This document shows positions 22,951 through 34,200 of a stretch of DNA of 64,000 nucleotides, in pieces; position 1 is the stretch's first letter, and each line of letters opens with the position of its first letter. The stretch covers positions 139,376,001 to 139,440,000 of the forward strand of contig OZ024743.1 in NCBI GenBank assembly GCA_964016885.1. Reading direction: 5' to 3'. Made by a program: the position numbers and the translations under genes. The DNA comes from Eledone cirrhosa (Eukaryota). The notes beneath the pieces are model-generated. The model ran no database searches, was not told where the DNA came from, and saw nothing but the letters and a program-made list of their open reading frames with translations.

Positions 22951-25900
22951 CTTGGTGCTTGGTGCTTGGTGTTTGGTGTTTGGTGCTTGGTGCTTGGTGT
23001 TTGGTGTTTGGTTCTTGGTGCTTGGTATTTGGTGCTTGGTGCTTGCTGCTTGGTGTTTGGTGCTTGGTGATTGATGCTTGGTGTTTGATGCTTGGTGCTT
23101 GGTGTTTGGTTTTTGGTGCTAGGTGCTTGGTGCTTGGTGTTTGGTGCTTGGTGTTTGGTGTTTGCTGCTTGGTGCTTGGGGCTTGGTGTTTGGTACTTGG
23201 TGCTTGGTGCTTGGTGTTTGGTGCTTGGTGCTTGGTGTATGGTGTTTGGTGTTTGGTGCTTGGTGTTTGGTGTTTGGTGCTTGGTGCTTGGTGTTTGTTG
23301 CTTGGTACTTGGTTCATGGTGTTTGGTGCTGGGTGCTTGGTGTTTGGTGCTTGGTGCTTGGTGTTTGGTGTTTGGTGCTTGGTGTTTGGTGTTTGGTGCT
23401 TGGTGCTTGGTGTTTGTTGCTTGGTACTTGGTGCATGGTGTTTGGTGCTGGGTGCTTGGTGTTTGGTGCTTGGTGTTTGGTGCTTGGTGCTTGGTGTTTG
23501 GTGTTTGGTGTTTGATGCTTGGTGTTTGATGCTTGGTGCTTGGTGCTTGGTGTTTGGTGCTTGGTGTTTGTACTTGGTGCTTGGTGTTTTGTGCTTGGTT
23601 CTTTGTGTTTGGTGTTTGGTGCTTGGTGCTTGGTGCTTGGTGTTAGGTGTTTGGTGCTTGGTGCTTGGTGTTTGGTGTTTGGTACTAGGTGCTTGGTGAT
23701 TGGTGTTTGGCGCTTGGTGCTTGGTGTTTGGTGTTTGGTGTTTGGTGCTTGCTGCTTGGTGCTTGGTGCTGGGTGGTTGGTGTTTGGTGCTTGGTGATTA
23801 GTGTTTGGTGCTAGGTGCTTGGGGTTTGGTGTTTGGTGCTTGGTGCTTGGTGTTTGGTGCTTGGTGCTTGGTGTTTGGTGCTTGGTGCTTGGTGTTTGGT
23901 GTTTGCTGTTTGCTGTTTGGTGTTTGTTGTTTGGTGTTTGTTGTTTGGTGTTTGCTGTTTGGTGTTTGGTATTTGGTGTTTGCTGTTTGGTGTCTGCTTT
24001 TTGGTGTTTGGTGTTTGCTGTATGTTGTTTGCTGTTTGGTGTTTGGTGTTTGGTGTTTGGTGTTTGGTGCTTGGTGCTTGGTGTTTGGTGCTTGGTGCTT
24101 GGTGTTTGGTGCCTGGTGCTTGGTACTTGGTGTTTGGTGTTTGGTGCTTGGTGCTTGGTGCTTGGAGTTTGGTGTTTGGTGCTTGGTGCTTGGTGTTTTG
24201 TGTTTGGTGTTTGGTTTTTGGTGCTTGGTGCTTGGTGCTTGGTACTTAGTCCTTGGTGTTTGGTGCTTGGTGTTTGGTGTTTGTACTTGGTGCTTGGTGC
24301 CTGGTGTTTGGTTCTTGGTTCTTGGTGTTTGGTACTTGGTGCTTGGTGCTTGGTGCTTGGTGTTTGGTGTTTGGTGCTTGGTGTTTGGTGCTTGGTGCTT
24401 GGTGCTTGGTGCTTGGTGTTAGGTGTTTGGTGCTTGGTGCTTGGTGTTTGGTGCTTGGTGTTTGCTGTCTGGTGTTTGGTGTTTGGTGTTTGGTGTTTGG
24501 TGTTTGCTGTTTGGTGTTTGGTGTTTGGTGTTTGCTGTTTCCTGTTTGGTGTCTGCTTTTTGGTGTTTGGTGTTTGCTGTATGGTGTTTGCTGTTTCGTG
24601 TTTGGTGTTTGCTGTTTGGTGTTTGGTGTTTGCTGTTTGGTGTTTGGTCTTTGGTGCTTGGTGTTTGGTGCTCGGTGCTTGGTGTTTGGTGTTTGGTGCT
24701 TGGTGCTTGGTGCTTCGTGTTTGGTGTTTGGTGCTTGGTGTCTGGAGCTTGGTGTTTGGTGTTTGGTGCTTGGTGTTTGGTGTTTGGTGCTTGGTGCTTG
24801 GTGTTTGGTGCTTGGTTCTTGGTGTTTGGTGCTTGGTGTTTGGTGCTTGGTGCTTGGTGTTTGGTGCTTGGTGCTTGGTGTTTGGTGTTTGGTGCTTGGT
24901 GCTTGGTGCTTGGTGTTTGATGTTTGGTGCTTGGTGCTTGGTGTTTGGTGTTTGGTTCTTGGTGCTTGGTATTTGGTGCTTGGTGCTTGCTGCTTGGTGT
25001 TTGGTGCTTGGTGATTGATGCTTGGTGTTTGATGCTTGGTGCTTGGTGTTTGGTTTTTGGTGCTAGGTGCTTGGTGCTTGGTGTTTGGTGCTTGGTGTTT
25101 GGTGTTTGCTGCTTGGTGCTTGGGGCTTGGTGTTTGGTACTTGGTGCTTGGTGCTTGGTGTTTGGTGCTTGGTGCTTGGTGTATGGTGTTTGGTGTTTGG
25201 TGCTTGGTGTTTGGTGTTTGGTGCTTGGTGCTTGGTGTTTGTTGCTTGGTACTTGGTTCATGGTGTTTGGTGCTGGGTGCTTGGTGTTTGGTGCTTGGTG
25301 CTTGGTGTTTGGTGTTTGGTGCTTGGTGTTTGGTGTTTGGTGCTTGGTGCTTGGTGTTTGTTGCTTGGTACTTGGTGCATGGTGTTTGGTGCTGGGTGCT
25401 TGGTGTTTGGTGCTTGGTGTTTGGTGCTTGGTGCTTGGTGTTTGGTGTTTGGTGTTTGATGCTTGGTGCTTGGTGCTTGGTGTTTGGTGCTTGGTGTTTG
25501 TACTTGGTGCTTGGTGTTTTGTGCTTGGTTCTTTGTGTTTGGTATTTGGTGCTTGGTGCTTGGTGCTTGGTGTTAGGTGTTTGGAGCTTGGTGCTTGGTG
25601 TTTGGTGTTTGGTCCTTGGTGCTTGGTGTTTAGTGCTTGGTGCTTGGTGTTTGTTGTTTGGTGCTTTCTGCTTGCTGCTTGGCGTTTGGTGCTTGGTGCT
25701 TGGTGCTTGGTGTTTGGTGTTTGGTGCTAGGTGCTTGGTGTTTGGTGTTTGGTGTTTGATGCTTGGTGTTTGGTGCTTGGTGTTTGGTGTTTTGTGCTTG
25801 GTGCTTGGGGCTTGGTGTTTAGTGCTTGGTGCTTGGTGCTTGGTGTTTGGTGGTTGGTGCTTGGTGTTTGGTGTTTGGTGTTTGGTGCTTGGTGCTTGGT

Positions 25901-28900
25901 GTTTGGTGCTTGGTGCTTGGTGCTGGGTGGTTGGTATTTGGTGCTTGGTGCTTGGTGTTTGGTGCTTGGTGCTTGGTGCTTGGTGTTTGGTGCTTGGTGC
26001 TTGGTGCTTGGTCTTTGGTGCTTGGTGTTTGGTGCTTGGTGCTTGGTGCTTGGTGTTTGGTGCTTGGTGATTAGTGTTTGGTGCTTGGTGCTTGGGGTTT
26101 GGTGTTTGGTGCTTGGTACTTGGTGTTTGGTGCTTGGTGTTTGGTGTTTGCTGTTTGGTGTTTGGTGTTTGCTGTTTGCTGTTTGCTGTTTGCTTTTTGG
26201 TGTTTGGTGTTTGCTGTATGGTGTTTGCTGTTTGGTGTTTGGTGTTTGCTGTTTGGTGTTTGGTGTTTGCTGTTTGGTATTTGGTGCTTGGTGTTTGGTG
26301 CGTGGTGCTTGGTGTTTGGTGTTTGGTGCTTGGTGCTTGGTGTTTGGTGTTTGTTGCTTGGTGCTTGGTGCTTGGTGTTTGGTGTTTGGTGTTTGGTGCT
26401 TGGTGTCTGGTGTTTGGTGTTTGGTGTTTGGTGCTTGTTGCTTGGTGCTTGGTGCTTGGGGTTTGGTTCTTGGTTCTTGGTGTTTGGTACTTGGTGCTTG
26501 GTGTTTGGTGCTGGGTGCTTGGTGTTTGGTGCTTGGTGCTTGGTGCTTGCTGTTTGGTGTTTGGTGCTTGGTGCTTGGTGTTTGGTGTTTGGTGTTATAT
26601 GCTTGGTGTTTGATGCTTGGTGCTTGGTGCTTGGTATTTGGTGTTTGGTGCTTGGTGTTTGTACTTGGTGCTTGGTTCTTGGTTCTTGGTGCTTGGTGCT
26701 TGGTGCTTGGTGCTTGGTGCTTGGTGTTTGGTGCTTGGTGTTTGGTGCTTGGTGTTTGGTGCTTGGTGCCTGGTGCTTGGTGCTTGGTGCTTGGTGTTTG
26801 GTGCTTGGTGTTTGGTGCTTGGTGTTAGGTGTTTGGTGCTTGGTGCTTGGTGTTTGGTGTTTGGTGCTTGGTGTTTGGTGCTTGGTGCTTGGTGTTTGGT
26901 GTTTGGTGCTTGGTGTTTGGTGCTTGGTACTTGGTGCTTGGTGCTTGGAGTTTGGTGTTTGGTGCTTGGTGCTTGGTGTTTTGTGTTTGGTGTTTGGTTT
27001 TTGGTGCTTGGTGCTTGGTGCTTGTTGCTTGGTCCTTGGTGTTTGGTGCTTGGTGCTTGGTGTTTGTACTTGGTGCTTGGTGCTTGGTGTTTGGTTCTTG
27101 GTTCTTGGTGTTTGGTACTTGGTGCTTGGTGCTCGGTGCTTGGTGTTTGGTGCTTGGTGCTTGGTGCTTGGTGTTAGGTGTTTGGTGCTTGGTGTTTGGT
27201 GCTTGGTGCTTGGTGCTTGGTGTTAGGTGTTTGGTGCTTGGTGCATGGTGTTTGGTGCTTGGTGTTTGGTGTTTGCTGTTGGTGTTTGGTGCTTGGTGTT
27301 TGGTGTTTGCTGTTTGGTGTCTGCTTTTTGGTGTTTGGTGTTTGCTGTATGGTGTTTGCTGTTTCGTGTTTGGTGTTTGCTGTTTGGTGTTTGGTGTTTG
27401 CTGTTTGGTGTTTGGTCTTTGGTGCTTGGTGTTTGGTGCTTGGTGCTTGGTGTTTGGTGTTTGGTGCTTGGTGCTTGGTGCTTCGTGTTTGGTGTTTGGT
27501 GCTTGGTGTCTGGAGCTTGGTGTTTGGTGTTTGGTGCTTGGTATTTGGTGTTTGGTGCTTGGTGCTTGGTGTTTGGTGCTTGGTGCTTGGTGTTTGTACT
27601 TGGTGCTTGGTGCTTGGTGTTTGGTGCTTGGTTCTTGGTGTTTGGTGCTTGGTGTTTGGTGCTTGGTGCTTGGTGTTTGGTGCTTGGTGCTTGGTGTTTG
27701 GTGTTTGGTGCTTGGTGCTTGGTGCTTGGTGTTTGGTGTTTGGTGCTTGGTGCTTGGTGTTTGGTGTTTGGTACTTGGTGCTTGGTATTTGGTGCTTGGT
27801 GCTTGCTGCTTGGTGTTTGGTGCTTGGTGATTGATGCTTGGTGTTTGATGCTTGGTGCTTGGTGTTTGGTTTTTGGTGCTAGGTGCTTGGTGCTTGGTGT
27901 TTGGTGCTTGGTGTTTGGTGTTTGCTGCTTGGTGCTTGGGGCTTGGTGTTTGGTACTTGGTGCTTGGTGCTTGGTGTTTGGTGCTTGGTGCTTGGTGTAT
28001 GGTGTTTGGTGTTTGGTGCTTGGTGTTTGGTGTTTGGTGCTTGGTGCTTGGTGTTTGTTGCTTGGTACTTGGTTCATAGTGTTTGGTGCTGGGTGCTTGG
28101 TGTTTGGTGCTTGGTGCTTGGTGTTTGGTGTTTGGTGCTTGGTGTTTGGTGTTTGGTGCTTGGTGCTTGGTGTTTGTTGCTTGGTACTTGGTGCATGGTG
28201 TTTGGTGCTGGGTGCTTGGTGTTTGGTGCTTGGTGTTTGGTGCTTGGTGCTTGGTGTTTGGTGTTTGGTGTTTGATGCTTGGTGTTTGATGCTTGGTGCT
28301 TGGTGCTTGGTGTTTGGTGCTTGGTGTTTGTACTTGGTGCTTGGTGTTTTGTGCTTGGTTCTTTGTGTTTGGTGTTTGGTGCTTGGTGCTTGGTGCTTGG
28401 TGTTAGGTGTTTGGTGCTTGGTGCTTGGTGTTTGGTGTTTGGTACTAGGTGCTTGGTGATTGGTGTTTGGCGCTTGGTGCTTGGTGTTTGGTGTTTGGTG
28501 TTTGGTGCTTGCTGCTTGGTGCTTGGTGCTGGGTGGTTGGTGTTTGGTGCTTGGTGATTAGTGTTTGGTGCTAGGTGCTTGGGGTTTGGTGTTTGGTGCT
28601 TGGTGCTTGGTGTTTGGTGCTTGGTGCTTGGTGTTTGGTGCTTGGTGCTTGGTGTTTGGTGTTTGCTGTTTGCTGTTTGGTGTATGTTGTTTGGTGTTTG
28701 TTGTTTGGTGTTTGCTGTTTGGTGTTTGGTATTTGGTGTTTGCTGTTTGGTGTCTGCTTTTTGGTGTTTGGTGTTTGCTGTATGTTGTTTGCTGTTTGGT
28801 GTTTGGTGTTTGGTGTTTGGTGTTTGGTGCTTGGTGCTTGGTGTTTGGTGCTTGGTGCTTGGTGTTTGGTGCCTGGTGCTTGGTACTTGGTGTTTGGTGT

Positions 28901-29255
28901 TTGGTGCTTGGTGCTTGGTGCTTGGAGTTTGGTGTTTGGTGCTTGGTGCTTGGTGTTTTGTGTTTGGTGTTTGGGTTTTGGTGCTTGGTGCTTGGTGCTT
29001 GGTACTTAGTCCTTGGTGTTTGGTGCTTGGTGTTTGGTGTTTGTACTTGGTGCTTGGTGCCTGGTGTTTGGTTCTTGGTTCTTGGTGTTTGGTACTTGGT
29101 GCTTGGTGCTTGGTGCTTGGTGTTTGGTGTTTGGTGCTTGGTGTTTGGTGCTTGGTGCTTGGTGCTTGGTGCTTGGTGTTAGGTGTTTGGTGCTTGGTGC
29201 TTGGTGTTTGGTGCTTGGTGTTTGCTGTCTGGTGTTTGGTGTTTGGTGTTTGGTG
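19735..29255 (+). repeat. Higher-order tandem duplication, unit 4760 bp (junction ~24495), overlapping the preceding duplication
   Basis: ORF pairs 20164/24924, 20971/25731, 22069/26829, 23801/28561 and 24423/29183 are all offset by exactly 4760. A 1-nt deletion unit at ~22520 and ~27280 was seen only in these two copies. Confidence 0.93.
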
Positions 29256-31299
29256 TTTGCTGTTTGGTGTCTGCTTTTTGGTGTTTGGTGTTTGCTGTAT
29301 GGTGTTTGCTGTTTGGTGTTTGGTGCTTCGTGTTTGGTGTTTGGTCTTTGGTGATTGGTGTCTGGTGCTTGATGTTTGGTGTTTGGTGTTTGGTGCTTGG
29401 TGCTTGGTGTTTGGTGCTTGGTGCTTGGTGTTTGTACTTGGTGCTTGGTGCTTGGTGTTTGGTGCTTGGTTCTTGGTGTTTGGTGCTTGGTGTTTGGTGC
29501 TTGGTGCTTGGTGTTTGGTGCTTGGTGCTTGGTGTTTGGTGTTTGGTGCTTGGTGCTTGGTGCTTGGTGTTAGGTGTTTGGTGCTTGGTGCTTGGTGTTT
29601 AGTGTTTGGTTCTTGGTGCTTGGTATTTGGTGCTTGGTGCTTGCTGCTTGGTGTTTGGTGCTTGGTGATTGATGCTTGGTGTTTGGTGCTTGGTGCCCAG
29701 TGTTTGGTTTTTGGTGCTAGGTGCTTGGTGCATGGTGTTTGGTGCTTGGTGTTTGGTGTTTGGTGGTTGGTGCTTGGGGATTGGTGTTTGGTACTTGGTG
29801 CTTGGTGCTTGGTGTTTGGTGCTTGGTGCTTGGTGTTTGGTGTTTGGTGCTTGGTGCTTGGTATTTGGTGCTTGGTGCTTGGTGTTTGGTGTTTGGTGCT
29901 TGGTGCTTGGTGTTTGGTGCTTGGTGCTTGGTGCTTGTTGTTTGGTGATTGGTGCTTGGTGCTTGGTGTTTGGTGTTTGGTGCTTGGGGCTTGGTGTTTG
30001 GTGCTGCGTGCTTGGTGCTTGGTGCTTGGTGCTTGGTGCTTGGTGTTTTGTGTTTGGTGTTTGATGCTTGGTGCTTGGTGTTTGGTGTTTGGTGCTTGGT
30101 GTTTGGTGTTTGCTGTTTGCTGTTTGCTGTTTCGTGTTTGCTGTTTGGTGTTTGGTGTTTGGTGTTTGCTGTTAGGTGTTTGCTGTTTGGTGTTTGGTGC
30201 TTGCTGTTTGGTGCTTGGTGTTTGGTGCTTGGTGCTTGGTGTTTGGTGTTTGGTGTTTAGTGCTTGGTGCTTGGGGCTTGATTTGGTGCTTGGTGCTTGG
30301 TGCTTGGTGTTTGGTGTTTGGTGCTTGGTGTTTGGTGCTTGGTGCTTGGTGCTGGGTGTTTGGTGCTTGGTGTTTGGTGCTTGGTGTTTGGTGCTTGGTG
30401 TTTGGTGTTTGCTGTTTGGTGTTTGGTGTTTGGTGTTTGGTGTTTGCTGTTTGGTGTTTGGTGCTTGGTGCTTGGTGTTTGGTGTTTGGTGCTTGGTGTT
30501 TGGTGTTTGGTGCTTGGTGCTTGGTGTTTGCTGCTTGGTACTTGGTGCATGGTGTTTGGTGCTTGGTGCTTGGTGTTTGGTGCTTGGTGTTTGGTGCTTG
30601 GTGCTTGGTGTTTGGTGTTTGGTGTTTGATGCTTGGTGTTTTATGCTTGGTGCTTGGTGTTTGGTGCTTGGTGTTTGTACTTGGTGCTTGGTGCTTGGTG
30701 TTTTGTGCTTGGTTCTTGGTGTTTGGTGTTTGGTGCTTGGTACTTGGTGCTTGGTGTTAGGTGTTTGGTGCTTGGTGCTTGGTGTTTGGTGTTTGGTCCT
30801 TGGTGCTTGGTGCTTGGTGTTTAGTGCTTGGTGCTTGGTGTTTGTTGTTTGGTGCTTTCTGCTTGCTGCTTGGTGTTTGCTGCTTGGTGCTTGGTGCTTG
30901 GTGTTTGGTGTTTGGTGCTAGGTGCTTGGTGTTTGGTGTTTGGTGTTTGATGCTTGGTGTTTGGTGCTTGGTGTTTGGTGCTTGGTGCTTGGGGCTTGGT
31001 GTTTGGTGCTTGGTGCTTGGTGCTTGGTGTTTGGTGCTTGGTGTTTGGTGTTTGGTGTTTGATGCTTGGTGTTTGGTGCTTGGTGTTTGGTGCTTGGTGC
31101 TTGGGGCTTGGTGTTTGGTGTTTGGTGCTTGGTGCTTGGTGTTTGGTGCTTGGTGCTTGGTGCTGGGTGGTTGGTATTTGGTGCTTGGTGCTTGGTGTTT
31201 GGTGCTTGGTGCTTGGTGCTTGGTGTTTGGTGCTTGGTGCTTGGTGCTTGGTCTTTGGTGCTTGGTGTTTGGTGTTTGGTGCTTGGTGCTTTGTGTTTG

Positions 31300-34200
31300 G
31301 TGCTTGGTGATTAGTGTTTGGTGCTTGGTGCTTGGGGTTTGGTGTTTGGTGCTTGGTACTTGGTGTTTGGCGCTTGGTGTTTGGTGTTTGCTGTTTGGTG
31401 TTTGGTGTTTGGTGTTTGCTGTATGGTGTTTGCTGTTTCGTGTTTGGTGTTTGCTGTTTGGTGTTTGGTGTTTGCTGTTTGGTGTTTGGTCTTTGGTGCT
31501 TGGTGTTTGGTGCTTGGTGCTTGGTGTTTGGTGTTTGGTGCTTGGTGTTTGGTGTTTGGTGCTTGGTGCTTGGTGCTTGGTGTTTGGTGTTTGGTGTTTG
31601 GTGCTTGGTGTCTGGTGCTTGGTGTTTGGTGTTTGGTGTTTGGTGCTTGGTGTTTGGTGTTTGGTGTTTGGTGTTTGGTGCTTGTTGCTTGGTACTTGGT
31701 GCTTGGTGTTTGGTGTTTGGTGTTTGCTGTTTGGTGTTTGGTGTTTGGTGTTTGGTGCTGGGTGCTTGGTGTTTGGTGCTTGGTTCTTGGTGCTTGGTGT
31801 TTGGTGTTTGGTGCTTGGTGCTTGGTGCTTGGTGTTTGGTGTTTGGTGCTTGGTGTTTTATGCTTGGTGTTTGATGTTTGGTGCTTGGTGCTTGGTGTTT
31901 GGTGCTTGGTGCTTGGTGTTTGTACTTGGTGCTTGGTGCTTGGTTCTTGGTGTTTGGTGCTTGGTGCTTGGTGCTTGGTGCTTGGTGTTTGGTGCTTGGT
32001 GTTTGGTGCTTGGTGTTTGGTGCTTGGTGCCTGGTGCTTGGTGCTTGGTGTTTGGTGCTTGGTGTTTGGTGCTTGGTATTAGGTGTTTGGTGCTTGGTGC
32101 TTGGTGTTTGCTGTTTGGTGCTTGGTGTTTGGTGCTTGGTGCTTGGTGTTTGGTGTTTGGTGCTTGGTGTTTGGTGCTTGGTACTTGGTGCTTGGTGCTT
32201 GGTGTTAGGTGTTTGGTGCTTGGTGCTTGGTGTTTGGTTTTTGGTGCTTGGTGCTTGGTGTTTGGTGTTTGGTGCTTGCTGCTGGCTGCTTGGTGTTTGG
32301 TGCTTGGTGATTGGTGCTTGGTGTTTGGTGCTTGGTGTTTGGTGTTTGGTACTAGGTGCTTGGTGCTTGGTGTTTGGTGCTTGGTGCTTGGTGTTTGGTG
32401 TTTGGTGCTTGGTGCTTGGTGTTTGGTGCTTGGTGCTGGGTGCTGGGTGGTTGGTGTTTGGTGTTTGGTGTTTGGTGCTGGGTGCTTGGTGTTTGGTGCT
32501 TGGTGCTTGGTCTTTGGTGTTTGGTGTTTGGTGTTTGGTGCTTGGTGCTTGGTGCTTGGTGTTTGGTGCTTGGTGCTTGGTGTTTGGTGCTTGGTGCTTA
32601 GTGTTTGGTGCTAGGTGCTTGGGGTTTGGTGTTTGGTGCTTGGTGCTTGGTGTTTGGTGCTTGGTGCTTGGTGTTTGGTGTTTGGTGCTTGGTGCTTGGT
32701 GTTTGGTGTTTGGTGTTTGCTGTTTGGTGTTTGGTGTTTGGTGTTTGCTGTTTGGTGTCTGCTTTTTGGTGTTTGGTGTTGGCTGTATGTTATTTGCTGT
32801 TTGGTGTTTGGTGTTTGGTGTTTGGTGCTTGGTGCTTGGTGTTTGGTGTTTGGTGCTTGGTGCTTGGAGTTTGGTGTTTGGTGCTTGGTGCTTGGTGTTT
32901 TGTGTTTGGTGTTTGGTTTTTGGTGCTTGGTGCTTGGTGCTTGTTGCTTGGTCCTTGGTGTTTGGTGCTTGGTGCTTGGTGTTTGTACTTGGTGCTTGGT
33001 GCTTGGTGTTTGGTTCTTGGTTCTTGGTGTTTGGTACTTGGTGCTTGGTGCTTGGTGCTTGGTGTTTGGTGTTTGGTGCTTGGTGTTTGGTGCTTGGTGC
33101 TTGGTGCTTGGTGTTAGGTGTTTGGTGCTTGGTGCTTGGTGTTTGGTGCTTGGTGTTTGGTGTTTGCTGTTTGGTGTTTGGTGTTTGGTGTTTGGTGTTT
33201 GCTGTTTGGTGTCTGCTTTTTGGTGTTTGGTGTTTGCTGTATGGTGTTTGCTGTTTCGTGTTTGGTGTTTGCTGTTTGGTGTTTGGTGTTTGCTGTTTGG
33301 TGTTTGGTCTTTGGTGCTTGGTGTTTGGTGCTCGGTGCTTGGTGTTTGGTGTTTGGTGCTTGGTGCTTGGTGCTTCGTGTTTGGTGTTTGGTGCTTGGTG
33401 TCTGGAGCTTGGTGTTTGGTGTTTGGTGCTTGGTGTTTGGTGTTTGGTGCTTGGTGCTTGGTGTTTGGTGCTTGGTTCTTGGTGTTTGGTGCTTGGTGTT
33501 TGGTGCTTGGTGCTTGGTGTTTGGTGCTTGGTGCTTGGTGTTTGGTGTTTGGTGCTTGGTGCTTGGTGCTTGGTGTTTGATGTTTGGTGCTTGGTGCTTG
33601 GTGTTTGGTGTTTGGTTCTTGGTGCTTGGTATTTGGTGCTTGGTGCTTGCTGCTTGGTGTTTGGTGCTTGGTGATTGATGCTTGGTGTTTGATGCTTGGT
33701 GCTTGGTGTTTGGTTTTTGGTGCTAGGTGCTTGGTGCTTGGTGTTTGGTGCTTGGTGTTTGGTGTTTGCTGCTTGGTGCTTGGGGCTTGGTGTTTGGTAC
33801 TTGGTGCTTGGTGCTTGGTGTTTGGTGCTTGGTGCTTGGTGTATGGTGTTTGGTGTTTGGTGCTTGGTGTTTGGTGTTTGGTGCTTGGTGCTTGGTGTTT
33901 GTTGCTTGGTACTTGGTTCATGGTGTTTGGTGCTGGGTGCTTGGTGTTTGGTGCTTGGTGCTTGGTGTTTGGTGTTTGGTGCTTGGTGTTTGGTGTTTGG
34001 TGCTTGGTGCTTGGTGTTTGTTGCTTGGTACTTGGTGCATGGTGTTTGGTGCTGGGTGCTTGGTGTTTGGTGCTTGGTGTTTGGTGCTTGGTGCTTGGTG
34101 TTTGGTGTTTGGTGTTTGATGCTTGGTGCTTGGTGCTTGGTGTTTGGTGCTTGGTGTTTGTACTTGGTGCTTGGTGTTTTGTGCTTGGTTCTTTGTGTTT

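Noticed and set aside
19735-29255. Large duplications as pure assembly or sequencing artefacts
   Set aside because: Copies differ by scattered substitutions (e.g. ~20743/25503, ~21542/26302, ~23318/28078) and elsewhere by whole-unit indels, and they share rare private variants, as expected of real duplications. Read-level confirmation is still needed.
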